Assembly (NCBI GenBank): GCA_038087875.1
Contig: JAXLNO010001025.1
Location: 62,001-126,000, forward strand
DNA from: Malacoraja senta
Taxonomy: Eukaryota
Direction: 5' to 3'
Length of the DNA: 64,000 nucleotides
Positions 1-13,392 of this stretch are shown piece by piece. A program made the translations under genes and the position numbers. Positions within the stretch are counted from its first letter, which is position 1. The number at the start of each line of letters is the position of its first letter. The notes beneath the pieces are model-generated. The model saw nothing but the letters and a program-made list of their open reading frames with translations, searched no databases and was not told the DNA's origin.

Positions 1-124
1 GCCGCCCGCCCGCAGCGGGACGCCCTCAGACCGCAGACCCTCGATGTTGGTGGTCGGCGGTCACAGCACTCTGGAGCGGCGACCCGGCAAGGCATCACCC
101 GCTCTGTGTTGGTGTCCCAGCGCT

Positions 125-240
125 GAGAGAGAGAAGGGGAAAGAGAGAGAATGGGAGAGGGAGAAGGGGGAGCGGGAGGAGGGGGAGAGGGAGAAGGGGG
201 AGAGGGAGAAGGGGGAGAGGGAGAAGGGGGAGAGGGAGAG
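125..240 (+). repeat. Purine-rich minisatellite, about 15-bp unit GAGAAGGGGGAGAGG
   Basis: Direct inspection. Confidence 0.9.
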
Positions 241-1009
241 TGGAACGATGGCACGTTATAACGCGCAGCCGTTCCATTCCGACCAAAGATTATAGAGCAG
301 AGCTCCTCTGGTATATTTGATTCCGACCGCCGCCGCCGAACCCCCCGCCCCACCATTGCACCCAAAGATTATAGAGCGGAGTTTTATAATCTTTGATCGC
401 ACCCTTCTTCACGGCGGGCTTGTGATCTTTGCTTGTGGTGTCTCGACAATTCGAGGGACATAACGGGTAACAGGCGCCGCGTTCTCGGGCTCGAATCTGA
501 GCTCGAACAATCTGGTGGTCACTGGGCCTAATGTGTCCATAACGCGGGCCATATTTTGGAGACCCTGCCTTACAAGAACAAAACCAAAAACGTACAGAAG
601 TGTTACAATTATTGACTTCATTATTGGTAAATAAAGATCTATTAAAAATAATTCTAATAACTTTCTAATGTACCGACAAACCTAGTAGTTTCCCAATGAC
701 CGTTGATGGGAGACCAGAAAATAACATTTTCAGTTCAGAATAATATCGACAGATGTCAAATATAATATATTTTCTCACCTTTCTTTTTTATCTGGGAACC
801 TAAAGAATGACAGGTCGGGTCGTTTACATTGACGATTAGAGCAATTGATAGCAGAGCAGTGAGATGAAGATTTAGATGTAGATGCCATGACTGTAGTCGA
901 GGCACGCCAGTAAAATGGCGTCAACAATCACCCATGTCATACTACCCTTTTTTCGCCGAGTGGCGCATCTTGCTCCGCTATATAATCTTTGGTGTAAACC
1001 TTCCCAGCG

Positions 1010-1203
1010 AGTCTCCTCTTCTCTCTCTCTCCCTTCTCTCTCCTCTCTCTCCCTTCTTGCTCTCTCTCCCTTCTCTCTCTCCCTCTCTCCCTTCTCTCTC
1101 TCCCTCCCTTCTCTCTCTCCCTCCTCTCTCTCTCCCTCCCTTATCTCTCTCCCTTTTCTCTATCTCCCTTCTCTCTTTCCCTCCCTTCTCTCTCTCCCTT
1201 CTC
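1010..1203 (+). repeat. CT-rich microsatellite running into an assembly gap
   Basis: Direct inspection. Confidence 0.9.
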
Positions 1204-1342
1204 NNNNNNNNNNNNNNNNNNNNNNNNNNNNNNNNNNNNNNNNNNNNNNNNNNNNNNNNNNNNNNNNNNNNNNNNNNNNNNNNNNNNNNNNNNNNNNNNN
1301 NNNNNNNNNNNNNNNNNNNNNNNNNNNNNNNNNNNNNNNNNN
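1204..1342. other. Assembly gap (139 N)
   Basis: N run. Confidence 1.
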
Positions 1343-1809
1343 TCTCCATTCTCTCATTCTCTTGCCCTTCAAGGGAAAATGTACAATACAATGCAAGGGA
1401 AACTGTGCAAAGGAGGGGGATGGAGAGGAAGGATGGGATGGGAAATGGGCAGAAACAGGGGGAAAACATTTACAATAAAATTAACTAAAAGTGGTGATAG
1501 AAGAGTTATATTACACATTTTCCCTACAACACTGATTACACCAAAGATGATAGAACACATTACACTGCGAGAGGCATAATGAAAGCCATGTTTTGCATTG
1601 ACAAATGGCGGCCGTGACACTCCGTTACGTACTACACCTCAGTGCGTTGGATTACGTAGGAGTGGAGTATCTTGCTCTGCTCTATGATCTTTGGTTTACA
1701 TATTCCTCAGCTCTTGCGGCTAGCATGGTAGACTATGCAATTACTGACATGGACCCCTGCACTATCAGTGCATTCACTGTTAGGCAGCAGTTCCCATCTT
1801 TCCGACCAT

Positions 1810-4540
1810 AGTCAAATCAACGTGTACCTAAAATTTCCTGTTCAAACTAAAGACATATAATAGGAGCCCAGTAAGCTCTATAAACTAAATCAGACATACA
1901 GATGGGCTTCAGATAGTGGAGATAAATTCATCATGGCCCTGAATTCACCTGATCTCACAAATAAAATATTGAAATTCAAGACAAACCCATATGAGTCTAC
2001 TGGAGATGGTGTAAACATGGCCATAAATGACATTAATATGATCTTTCACAAGGCAGCCATCAAAGCAGACCTTGTGAAACAGAAGAGAAAAATTATCAAA
2101 ATACACAACAATGAAAAATGGTTCGACCATGAGTGTAAAAGTGTTAGAAAAGATCTGAGGAAAATATCAAACCAAAAACACTGTCAACCAAACAATCCAG
2201 ACTTACGTATTAGATATAATGAAACTTTTAAAAGATATAAACACACTATTAGGAACAAAACACAAGATTACACTCATAAAAGACTTGAAGAAATTGAAAA
2301 TTCCATAAATCAAAACCAATTTTGGGATATGTGGAATAACCTGAGCACAACAAAACTACAAACATTACAATAGACATTGGACAATAGGTGCAGGAGCAGG
2401 CCATTTGGTCCTTCGAGCCGAGCCATTCAATGTGATCATGGCCGATCATCCCCAATCAGTACCCCGTTCCTGCCTTTTCCCCATATCCCCTGACTCTGCT
2501 ATTTTTAAGCCCTATCTAGCTCTCTCTGGAAAGCATCCAGAGAACCTGCCTCCACCACCCTCTGAGGCAGAGAATTCCACAGACCAATTCAAGACGGTGA
2601 TAACTGGAGAGCACTTTTTTAAAATCTATATAAAAACATCCCAATAAATAAAAGAAACTTAAATTATTCTCATATCAAATAAAAACTCCAAACATTAGAA
2701 ACAATAATTAAAGATTATCAAAACCCTCTTGATTTCCCAATTACTTTGGAAGAATTGACCATAAAAATAAAATCTCTCCACTCAAAGAAAGCACTGTGGT
2801 CCAGACAGCATTGAAATGAAAAGCTCAAGTACAGCACTCCGGTGATGCACGACATAGTGCTTAGGTTGCTCAACATCATACTATGTTCAGGTTATTTCCC
2901 TGATAGTTGATGTCAAGGGCTTATTTCGCCCAATTATAAGAGTGGAAATAAATTAGACCCAAATAATTATATAGTGGGAGCTGTGTCAGTAGCTGCCCAG
3001 GGAAGTTGTTCTGTAGTATCATAAATAACAAAATGCAGGATTTCCTTAACAAATACAACATTCTCAGTAAAAAACAAATTGGCTTCCTCCCAAAACACCG
3101 TACCATTGGTTAAATTTATGCCCTCCACACTCTCATTGAATAACATATACACCAAGCAAAAAATGGAAAAATATTTACCTGTTTTTTAATTGACTTTGAG
3201 AAAGCATTTGACTCTATTTGGCACGAAGGGCTCTATTACAAACTTCTCTGTTGTGGTATAGGAGGAAAGGTATATGACCTAAACAAATCAATGTATCTGA
3301 ATAAAAATGCACTGATCTCTTCACCCAGAGAAGAGGCATCCGGCAAGGCTGCAATCTGAGCCCGACACTTTTTAATGTATATATAAACGATTTGGCAGTA
3401 AAGTTGGACCAGAGCACAGTGCTGGGCCTCTGTCTTCTGGACGGAGAGGTATTATGCGGATGACTTGGTTCTGCTGTCCCCCACAAAACAGGGACTGCAG
3501 CAACAGTTGGACCTACTTGATGAGTACTGCCAAAATTGGGCCCTGGCAGTAAATCTAAAGAAAACCAACATCATGATTTTTCAGAAAAGACCCAGATGTC
3601 AGGAAGATAAACACCAATTTACTCTCAATGGTATCATTATTGAACACACTATGAGCTATACCTACCTTGGTCTAACTGTTACAGCATCAGGGAGCTTCTA
3701 TACGGCAGTGAATACATTCAAAGAGAAAGCTCAAAGCGCTCTGTATGCAATAAAAAGAAGATTCTACAACATCCAAATTCCAATTAAAATCTGGCTTAAA
3801 ATATTTGACAGTGTAATCCAGCCTATTGCGCTTTATGGTAGTGAAGTACGGGGTCCGCTCAGTCACCATAGTTATAGTAAATGGGAAAAACATACAACAG
3901 AGGCCCTGTATGCGGAATTCTGTCGGAACATTCTCCGTATCCAAAGGAAAACACCAACAAATACATGTAGGGCGGAATTAGACAGACCCACTGATAATAA
4001 ATATTCAGAAATGAGCACAACATTTTGGAATCACCTTAAATCTAGTCCCCCAGATGCCCTCCAATTTAAAGCCCTTCAAATACAAGAGGGGAGCCCAGAA
4101 TAGAGTTCCCTGTACCAGTTGGTACTGAGACTAATTACCCCTATTCAGTTAAACCCTGACCAGCCTCAGATCAATGCTGATCCCCAATCACCAGTTAGAG
4201 TGAACCAAATTATCAAACAATGTAAAGAAACGTACTTGGAACATTGGGATAAAGAAACCAAAAGCCAAAGCAGATTAGAATGTTACCGTGCCCTAAAAAG
4301 AGATTATAAATTGGCAGACTATCTCTCAACTGTTAGAGACATAAAGCAGAGACAGACTCTCACATGTTAAGTGACCACTATTGTGCAGTTGAAAAAGGAA
4401 GACAGAAGAGATTCTGGCAACCAAGAGAAAATAGAATATGCGGCCACTGTTTGACAGATGAGGTTGAATCAGAGGTGCACTTCCTCCTAAAATGCTAAAA
4501 AGTTGACAAAACAAGGAAAACATACTTTGACATACTTTGT
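1810..4540 (+). mobile_element. Degraded non-LTR retrotransposon ORF2 (clade uncertain), interrupted by a CR1-tail repeat at about 2372-2590
   Basis: Frameshifted fragments: WFDHECK (1933-2373), F.DFEKAFDS.WH.GL, and YADDLVLLS...LQQQLDLLDEYCQNWALAVNLKKT (about 3455-4103). Confidence 0.85.
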
Positions 4541-5579
4541 CAGTGGTCACACCAGCATTTCCCCGAGCTCAGGCCCGCCTGCGCTGACCTCAGGGTCAGG
4601 GGTCAGATGAGGGGGGTTATAGGGCGGGTGGTCAGAGTGAATGGCTTTCCCGAGATCACGATCACCCTGGTATCCTGACCTAGGCCAGGGTCAGAGGTGA
4701 AGTGGTGGGGGTCAGGGTTAAAGGGCTGGGATTCCCCGACTTGCCTCGGACGAGGGGTGAGGTCAGGGGTCAGTCTGAATGTGAAAGGTCAGGTGTCAGC
4801 AGGTGTTGCTGTGAGTTTGGGGGGTGGTTTCGGGGTTGAGGGTCGCTGCCAGGGTGAGAGGTCAGTGCGGGGGAGGGGAGTTGTAACCGGTCCCACTGAG
4901 GAATAAAGGCTATTCACCCATCAGCTGTCTCCTGTCTCCTTCACACTCGCTCCGTCAAGCCGCACTTACTCTTTAATGCTGAGCAAACATTTCTTAAGAA
5001 ACACCAAATGCAAAGTCCATGCAGATTCCGATTCCATGGAAAGGTCGTAAGTGATAGGAGCTGAATTAGGCCATTCGGCCCATCAAGGCTACTCCGTAAT
5101 TCAATCACGGCTGATCTATCTTTCCTTTTCAACACCATTTTCCTGCCTACTCCGCATAACCCCTGACATCCGTTCAAATCAAGAATTTATTTATCTCTGC
5201 CTTAAAAAGGCCATTGACTTGGCCTCCATGGCCATCTGTGGCAATGAGCCCCACAGATTCACCACCCTCTGACTAAATAAATTCCTCCTCATCTCCTTCC
5301 TAAAGGAACGTCCTTTCACTATCTCCCTCTAGTGGAAACATTGCGAAAGTGGCCTTTCACAAAGTAATGTAATTTTATTAAAGACGGGTCAAACAAAGTT
5401 AGACACAAAAATCTAGAGTAACTCAGAGGGACAGGCAGTATCTCTGGAGAGAAGGAATGGGGGATGTTTCAGGTCGAGACCCTTCCTCAGACAGTCGGGA
5501 GAGGGTCTCGACCTGAAACATCACCCATTCTAGAGATGCTACCTGTCCTGCTGGGTTACTCCAGCATTTTGTGTCAATC

Positions 5580-6735
5580 TTCGGTGCCCTGAGCTGGTTC
5601 ATCTCCTACCTCAAAGGTAGGAGTTTCTCGACTAACATAGGCAACTCTTTCTCCTCCCCAGCTAATCTCTGCTGTGGGATTCCACAAGGTTCCATCCTTG
5701 GCCCCATTCTCTTCTCCCTGTATATGCTCCCCTTCGGCCAAGTCATTGAAAGGCACGGCATTTCCTTCCATTGCTACGCAGACGATACACAACTCTATCT
5801 CCCCCTGAAGCCCAAAAACCAATCAAATCTGCTTCACCTTACCCGCTGCCTCGAGGATATAAAGTGTTGGATGGCCCAGAACTTCCTCCAACTAAACGAG
5901 AGTAAGTCTGAGGTCATCCTTCTCAGCCCCTCGGATTCAATCAAAATGATAGCAGGCAGCCTTGGAAGCCTTACCCCACTACTCAAACCTCACATCAAAA
6001 ACCTTGGCGTGATATTTGACTCAGCACTGAAATTTGACAAACAAGTCAATGCCATGGTAAAAGCTAGCTTCTTTCAGCTTCGGACGATAGCTAAAATAAA
6101 ACAATTCCTCCAGTTTGATGACCTTGAAAAGATCATCCACACTTTCATCTCCTCCCGCCTAGATTACTGCAACTCCCTTTACACTGGCATCAGCCAATCT
6201 TCCCTGTCCCGCCTGCAACTGGTCCAAAACGCTGCAGCGAGACACCTGACGGGCACCCGAAAAAGGGATCACATCACCCCGATCCTGGCCTCTCTCCACT
6301 GGCTCCCTGTGCGGTTCCGTACAAACTTCAAGATCCTCCTCCATGTCTACAAAGCCCTCAATGGGCTTGCCCCCACCTACATAAAAAGTCTTCTCACCCA
6401 CCACTCCACCTCCAGGCCCCTCAGATCGGCCGACTTGGGGTTGCTGAATATCCCACGGTCTAGGCATAAGCTCAGGGGTGACCGCGCCTTTGCGGTTGCA
6501 GCCCCTAGACTGTGGAACAGCATCCCCTTTCCCATCAGAACTGCCCCGTCCATCGACTCTTTTAAGTCAAGACTAAAAACGTATCCTGACGTCCTCTGAG
6601 TGAGGGCTACATGTATATATGTATGTAGTTTGTTTTGTTTATGCTATTCTTATAACAAATGTAAAGCACTTTGGCCAACGAGAGTTGTTTTTTAAATGTG
6701 CTATATAAATAAATGTGACTTAACTTGACTTGACT
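5580..6735 (+). mobile_element. 5'-truncated L2-type LINE (RT C-terminal half plus 3' tail)
   Basis: ORF with PQGSILGP...YADDTQLY...SRLDYCNSL...LHWLPV. It ends in aataaa and (cttga)n tail repeats. Confidence 0.9.
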
Positions 6736-7280
6736 AAACCAACATCTTCAGCTCACATTGCCCAGAGCAAACAAACATAATTGGTGCCCTCCCCTAATTC
6801 CCCATTTGATGGTGCCCTCCTCTAATTCACCATTGTAGGGAAACAGGCCCTTCTGCCCTCCAATTGCACGCTGACCATAGTTTTTGTAAATTGCACTGGT
6901 GTGCAGGGAATAGATAAGAAATGGGAATAACCTAGTTAGCTTGAGTAAACGTACACCCGTTGAGTTAAAGTCACCCGTTGGCTGACTTTCTTAACTCCAA
7001 AAGTGATTGTCGAGCATACTGAATGTGTGAAAGAACAATATGTACAAAAAGAACAAGTAATTAAAAATTAAAATACACACAAGTTTGCTGTATTTCACAC
7101 AATACACACACGTCGTTACAGGGAGAACCTGCAAACTTCACAGACAGCACCTGAGGTCAGGATCATACCCGAGTATATGAGGCAGCAGCTCTACCTGCTG
7201 CACCACTGTGCCACCCTATTAAAGGGAAGTAAATATGGGCACTGACGGGATTTGAACCTGTGATCTTTGTTTCCAAGATG

Positions 7281-7311
<31 letters not shown>

Positions 7312-7703
7312 TTATTTATTAGAAGTACATTACATTACAACCACATACATTAATACTCGTCATTTATATCTTCTTACAATTAATGTACTCCCTTTATTTT
7401 TTTTTTACACTAGAAAAAGAAAAGATTGAAAGAGAGAAGAAAGTGAAGGAAAAAGTGCAAGTGTAGAAAAGTGTAGAAAATGTAACAACAAAAGAGGACG
7501 AAGACCCTATAAGAGCGAAATTAAAAACAAAAAGAAAAAGAGTTAAGAAATAGGCCCTAAGAAAAGAAAAGAGAAAGAGGAAAAAAAAAAGAAACAAATG
7601 TTTTTTTTTGAGCATCACGTAAATAGGACATACCAACTCTTCAACTATCATCCCCCCTTACCTGACCTCAATTTTTTTATTTTTTTTTAAGTACTTTTGC
7701 ACC

Positions 7704-10700
7704 CTATGTTTGTAATAATTCTATAAATGCAGACCACGTCAGGTGGAAGTGATCTGGTTTACCTGCTAGGAGGAGTCTTATCTCTTCTAGGTGTAATGTT
7801 TCAAACATATTTGAAATCCACATATTTATAGTTGATATTGGAGCCTTCTTCCAAAATTTTAGAATTAGCTTTTTTCCAGTTATTAACCCATAGTCCATTA
7901 ATTTCTTTTGAAACACATTTAGTTCTGGATCATCTTCCGTTATTCGGAAGATAATCCATTCTGCTTTGGGTATCAGTCTTGTTTTAAATAACTTTGTAAA
8001 GATTTCAAAAATTTCATTCCAAAATTTTTGAATTTTTGTACAGAAGACAAATGAGTGCGCTATAGTTGCTTCTTGGGATTGACATTTATCACAAATAGAT
8101 GATACGTTTGGGAAAATTTTATGAATTTTAGTTTTCGAATAATATAATCTATGTAAAATTTTAAATTGTATTAAAGTGTGTCTTACATTAATCGAGCATT
8201 TATGCACGTTTAATAAGTATTCATTCCAACTTTCCTTTGAAATTTTAATAGCTAACTCTTGTTCCCAGTCTCTTCTGATACCCTCCGTAGATGGTATTTG
8301 TACATTTAAGATAATATTATACAAATATGATATTAAGTTTGCTGATTCCGCTTTTATCTGCATTGCCTCGTCCAGTACATCTGCTGGGTTATTATGATGA
8401 TCTTTTGTATATTTTTTCAAATAGTCGCATATTTGAAAGTATTTAAAATATTGATTATTTCCGAGTTTATATTTTATTTGTAATTGTTGAAATGAAAGTA
8501 ATTTTCCAGTTTCATACAAGTCACCAAGCATTTTAATTCCTAGTCTATCCCATTGTGTATAAGCTTTATCTATAATAGAAGGACTAAACGAAGGGTTATT
8601 GACTATAGGTAATAAAAGTGATAAGTTTCTTAATTTTAAATGTTGTTTTATTTGTTTCCAAATACGGATTGTACTATGAATAATTGGGTTCTTATTATAG
8701 TTTATGTTATTCAATTTCATTGGAGAGAGGAGGATCGCTCCAATGTTTCTAGAGGAGCAATCCTCTTTCTCCATTACAATCCAGTCTACTTGCTGGGCGG
8801 AGTTATCCATCAGTTGAATCATGTTTTTAATATTTACTGACCAATAATAATACATAAAATTAGGTAGTGCTAGACCCCCCAATACTTTAGGTTTATTCAG
8901 ATGGGTTTTTTGTATTCTATGTGATTTATAGTCCCATATAAAATTAGTGATATCTGAGTCGAGTTTTTTAAAAAACTTCTTAGGTAAGTATATAGGAATT
9001 GATTGAAATAGGTATAAAATTTGTGGTAAAAAGATCATTTTTATTGCGTTTATTCGGCCTATTAAAGACATCGGGAGCGTTTTCCAGAATTTAATTAATG
9101 TATTCAGTTTATTAAGTAGGGGGTCAAAATTTGCTCCGAACATACCTTGATATGTTCTGGTAATTTCGATTCCCAAATATTTAAATTTTTCTGTAGCTAT
9201 TTTAAAAGGGAATTTTAAAAGATGTGTTGAATCTTTCGGTTTTATTGACATAATTTCACTTTTATTCCAATTTATTCTATATCCAGAAAAAGATCCGAAG
9301 TCTTCAATTAAATTTAATATATTTGGTATAGTGATTTGAGGTTTTGTAATATACAATAATATATCATCCGCGTATAAAGATATTTTATTATATGAGTCTT
9401 TAGTATTATATCCATGAATATCAGGGTGTATTCTAATTTTTTCTGCTAGCGGTTCAATAATGAGAGCAAACAGCTGTGGTGATAATGAGCATCCTTGTCT
9501 ATTTCCCCTTGATAGTTGAAATTTCGAGGATAATATGTTATTAGTAAGTATTCTAGCTGTAGGTTTGTTATATAGTAACTTAATCCATAAAATAAAATTC
9601 TCTCCCAGTTGAAATTTTTGTAATACTTTATCCATATAATTCCATTCTACTTGATCAAATGCTTTTTCAGCATCCAGCGAAATAATTGATAATTCTTGAT
9701 CTTCCGATTTGTGTGAGTGCATTATGTTGAGTAGACGTCTCATATTATTAGAAGAGTATCTCTTAGGAATAAACCCTGTCTGATCTGGGTTTATTAATTT
9801 ACTAATGTATTTACTTAATCTTCTAGCTAATGTTTTCGCTAATATTTTTTGATCTGTGTTTAACAATGCTAGAGCTCTATATGAGCCAGGTTCTTCTAAA
9901 TCTTTATTTTTCTTAGGTATTAATGTAATCGTTGATTCCGCTAATGTATCAGGTAGTATTCGTTTTTTAAAAGTGTATTGGTACATTTTTTGTAACCTTG
10001 GTATTATTTTATCATAAAAGCTTTTATAAAATTCATTAGTAAATCCATCAGGGCCTGGTGTTTTTCCATTTTTTAATGAGTTTATTGTATCTTCTAATTC
10101 CTTAATTGAGATTTGTGCACCCAGTTCCTCTTGTTCCTTCAGCTCTAACTTTGGAAGATTACAGGTATCCAAGAACTTTGTGATATTATTGGAATCAGTT
10201 ATCGTTTTAGATGTATACAAATTCTCGTAAAATTGCGCAAATCTTTTATTAATATCCTTCGGTGTTGTTAATAATTCCCCTTTATCTGATTTGATCTTTG
10301 GTATAGTATGTTCCTTTTCTCGTTTTTTTAGCTGGCGAGCCAAAAGTTTATGCGGTTTATCCCCAAATTCAAAGTGCTCTTGTTTTGTAATTTGAAAAAG
10401 TCTTATAAGTTTGGCAGATAATAATTTATTTAATTTAAATTTTAAAATTATTATTTTATTATGTTTATCTATTGATGGATCTTTAGCATTATCTATATCC
10501 ATTTGTCTAATAAGTTCTTCTAACTGTCTTTGTTCATTCTTATTCTTTTTATTTTGAAAAGCTTGATATGAAATTATAATACCCCTAATGTATGCTTTAA
10601 AAGATTCCCAAAGTAAAGTAGGCGATATATCTGAAGTATCATTTGTTTGAAAAAAGACCTCCATTTGTTCTTTTAAATATATACTCGCTTGTGGATCTTT

Positions 10701-11495
10701 TAAAATTTGAGAGTTAAATCTCCAAAATGAATTATTCTTAGACAATCCTTCCAGTTTTAAAAAGAAAGTTAGTGGAGAATGGTCTGAAATTGAATTTGTA
10801 TGGTATATTGCATTAGATGTTTGGGGGATTAATTTTGTATCCAGCAGAAAGTAGTCTATACGTGAGTATGTCTTATGTACCATTGAGTAAAACGAATATT
10901 CCCTGCCAGTTGGATTCACAATTCTCCAAACATCTGCTATATTAGTGTTATTTATATAGGTATTGAGGAGTTCCCCAGTTTTCGATTTCATATTCCCTCT
11001 CTGTTTTTGACTTGATTTATCTAAGTACGGATCTAAAACACAGTTAAAGTCTCCGCCTATTATAACATTTTGATAGTTTGACTCTGCAATTATATTGAAG
11101 ATTTTATTGAAAAAGTGGGGGTTATCAAAGTTAGGGGCATATATATTTACCAAAGTAAGTGGAGTGTCATGGATTTCTCCATTAACTATTAGGTATCTCC
11201 CTTCTATATCTGTTATAATATTCTTTGCTTTAAATGGTATACCTTTTCTTATGATAATTGATGTGCCTCTAGATTTTGAAGTGAATGAAGAGTGGTATGT
11301 TTGACCTATCCATTTCGCCCTCAGCCTAACTTGGTCCTGAGGTTTTAGGTGTGTTTCTTGTAGGAAGGTAATGTCAGAATTATACATTTTTAGCTGAGCT
11401 AATATCTTACCCCTTTTGATAGGTTCGTTAATACCTCTTATATTCCAACTACAAAATGAGATTCCTCCTAGGTTCTTTTGTGTGGTGTCATGCAT
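7704..11495 (-). CDS. L1 ORF2: APE endonuclease, reverse transcriptase and Cys-rich C-terminus; uninterrupted 1263 aa
   Basis: SWNIRG, LQETH, GGDFN, SRIDYF, SDH, PGPDGF, SLDAEKAFD, RQGCSLSP, YADD, KYLG, C..C.......H....C. Confidence 0.96.
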   Translation of the reverse strand: MHDTTQKNLGGISFCSWNIRGINEPIKRGKILAQLKMYNSDITFLQETHLKPQDQVRLRAKWIGQTYHSSFTSKSRGTSIIIRKGIPFKAKNIITDIEGRYLIVNGEIHDTPLTLVNIYAPNFDNPHFFNKIFNIIAESNYQNVIIGGDFNCVLDPYLDKSSQKQRGNMKSKTGELLNTYINNTNIADVWRIVNPTGREYSFYSMVHKTYSRIDYFLLDTKLIPQTSNAIYHTNSISDHSPLTFFLKLEGLSKNNSFWRFNSQILKDPQASIYLKEQMEVFFQTNDTSDISPTLLWESFKAYIRGIIISYQAFQNKKNKNEQRQLEELIRQMDIDNAKDPSIDKHNKIIILKFKLNKLLSAKLIRLFQITKQEHFEFGDKPHKLLARQLKKREKEHTIPKIKSDKGELLTTPKDINKRFAQFYENLYTSKTITDSNNITKFLDTCNLPKLELKEQEELGAQISIKELEDTINSLKNGKTPGPDGFTNEFYKSFYDKIIPRLQKMYQYTFKKRILPDTLAESTITLIPKKNKDLEEPGSYRALALLNTDQKILAKTLARRLSKYISKLINPDQTGFIPKRYSSNNMRRLLNIMHSHKSEDQELSIISLDAEKAFDQVEWNYMDKVLQKFQLGENFILWIKLLYNKPTARILTNNILSSKFQLSRGNRQGCSLSPQLFALIIEPLAEKIRIHPDIHGYNTKDSYNKISLYADDILLYITKPQITIPNILNLIEDFGSFSGYRINWNKSEIMSIKPKDSTHLLKFPFKIATEKFKYLGIEITRTYQGMFGANFDPLLNKLNTLIKFWKTLPMSLIGRINAIKMIFLPQILYLFQSIPIYLPKKFFKKLDSDITNFIWDYKSHRIQKTHLNKPKVLGGLALPNFMYYYWSVNIKNMIQLMDNSAQQVDWIVMEKEDCSSRNIGAILLSPMKLNNINYNKNPIIHSTIRIWKQIKQHLKLRNLSLLLPIVNNPSFSPSIIDKAYTQWDRLGIKMLGDLYETGKLLSFQQLQIKYKLGNNQYFKYFQICDYLKKYTKDHHNNPADVLDEAMQIKAESANLISYLYNIILNVQIPSTEGIRRDWEQELAIKISKESWNEYLLNVHKCSINVRHTLIQFKILHRLYYSKTKIHKIFPNVSSICDKCQSQEATIAHSFVFCTKIQKFWNEIFEIFTKLFKTRLIPKAEWIIFRITEDDPELNVFQKKLMDYGLITGKKLILKFWKKAPISTINMWISNMFETLHLEEIRLLLAGKPDHFHLTWSAFIELLQT

Positions 11496-12305
11496 TTTGA
11501 ATAATTATAGTACCTTTGAATCTTGTGGTGCGTCCATGTCCCAGGTCTTTAGGTATTGGGGGAGTTTTTGAATTATTAACTTTTGCTGGTATGTCCATAT
11601 TACTCTTATCACTAAACACAAAACACAAACAAGTGATTTTATGTGATAAAAAAAAAACTAAAAAAGTGAGGCTACAGTGTCCGATATAATCGGCACTGTA
11701 GCGAGTGACCCACCTGTAGGTGGGAAAAAACCTTGTTTTGACTTCCATTGCGTTGTTACTCAACTAGCTCCGCTCTCTTAGTTAATCATAACATATTAAA
11801 ATATTAAAACGAGGCCTCACATTCAGATATATAATACAATTTTACCCTGATATTTCCTTATAACATATATATATATCAGAGTTTAATTATTAAACCAATA
11901 TTTTTGATTTCAATAAGAATCAACTGTTGGTTGAAGGGGTTAACGAGACGTGCTCCTGGACATAAGCCAGGAGCTCGTTTCTCATCCCCTCCTCCCGCTT
12001 ATAGACAAGGTTACAATTTATTAAAAATTCATATTAGTATGTTAGTTCATTATTTTTTTTGTTTTTTTTGTTAGTATTCTAATCTAACCTACATAACTTT
12101 TAAAGTTGTTAATAGGATAAGTTCTTACAATTGGTTATAACATTTTAATCAATAAGCAATTATTTTCTGATTCATATTCCAGCTGTAAAGTTGTTTACAC
12201 GTTTTGAACAGAAAATGTCCTTGATTCAACATTCCAGAGATAACAGTGTAACTATCCCCAGACAAAACATAGCTGAGAATTATTCGGATCTGCCAAAGCT
12301 CCCTT

Positions 12306-13392
12306 TTATTTCTGTTTTTCAACGATCGTTTGGGCGTATTTGAAAGCGTCTTCAGGCTTAACAAATGACTTTTCAAGACCATTAAAGGAAATACGCATTT
12401 TCGCGGGATAAAAAACCCCAAATATGACCCCTTCTCTCCCTCTTAAAAGATCTTTAACCTTATCAAATTTGTTTCTTTTTTGCACAATTTCATACGGGTA
12501 GTCCCTGAATATCTTAATAGTGTCCTTGTCCAGCCGCAATTGTACACCATATTTGATTTTACTCATAACATATTCCAGTTCTGCAGTATCTCGAAATTTC
12601 ACTATAATATGTCGTGGATAATCTTTTCCGCACCAGATCTTTTTCCCGCACCAGATCTTTTTCCAAATCTTGGGACACGATGAGCCACTTTGATTTTCGG
12701 TTCCTTGGAAAGATTCAACAGTTGTTTCAACAAGCCCATGGCAAATTCACGTACCTGTTCCCCTTCTGCCCCCTCTGAAACACCAAGAATTCTCAAATTC
12801 TGGCGTCTAGAGCGAGCTTCCAGGTCCAGGCATTTGACTGAGACTTTCTCTAATTGAGTCCCCATTTGTAGTGACGCTTGTTCGTTTTCTCGCCTCATTT
12901 GCTCATGTTCTTGCCTCAATTTCGCCATGTCTTCAACCAGTCGAGCCGTATTTTCTCCAATTCCGTAATTGTGTGCATACTTGCAGCTACTGTTTCAAGT
13001 ACAGCCGTGAACTTATCCGTAGTAATTACATCCATCTTATCCATTTTCTCTGATAGTCCATCTTTCACCTCATCAATTCGTTTATTCATAATGTCCAGTA
13101 AATCCGTCATATTCTTCTGGTTACCAGCATTTAAATCCTTCATCATCTTCTCCATTCCTTCCATCATTTTTGCCGAATTTTCCTTCATTTCCTTCTTATC
13201 TTCCACCCTATTATCCAAGATCTCATCTTTCAAATTTTTCATTGATTTCTTCAAGTCATCAAAGTCTTTCTTAGATCTTGTATCCATTTCTGCAGCCACT
13301 TCAGAGACTTCAGAGGTAACTTCTGCTTCAAACTTTTTCGACAGTTTATTCACTGTTCTCTGAGGGCTCACAGCTGGAGGCAAATTACTCAT
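12306..13392 (-). pseudogene. L1 ORF1 (coiled coil plus RRM/CTD), split by two frameshifts
   Basis: Three overlapping ORF pieces, including LEARSRRQNLRILGVSEG and IFRDYPYEIVQKR...FYPAKMRI. PRHIIVKF is readable across one shift. Confidence 0.88.

Larger units (their letters stand above)
282..1695. mobile_element. Nested inverted-repeat (MITE-like) element
   Basis: ACCAAAGATTATAGAGCAG at 282-300 is inverted at 1677-1695 (1 mismatch). A second inverted pair lies at 361-380 and 973-993. Confidence 0.4.

Noticed and set aside
44-1488. Long ORFs rich in E/R/G/K or L/S/P, and ORFs spanning N runs (also 19474-20274)
   Set aside because: They are translations of GA/CT microsatellites and assembly gaps.
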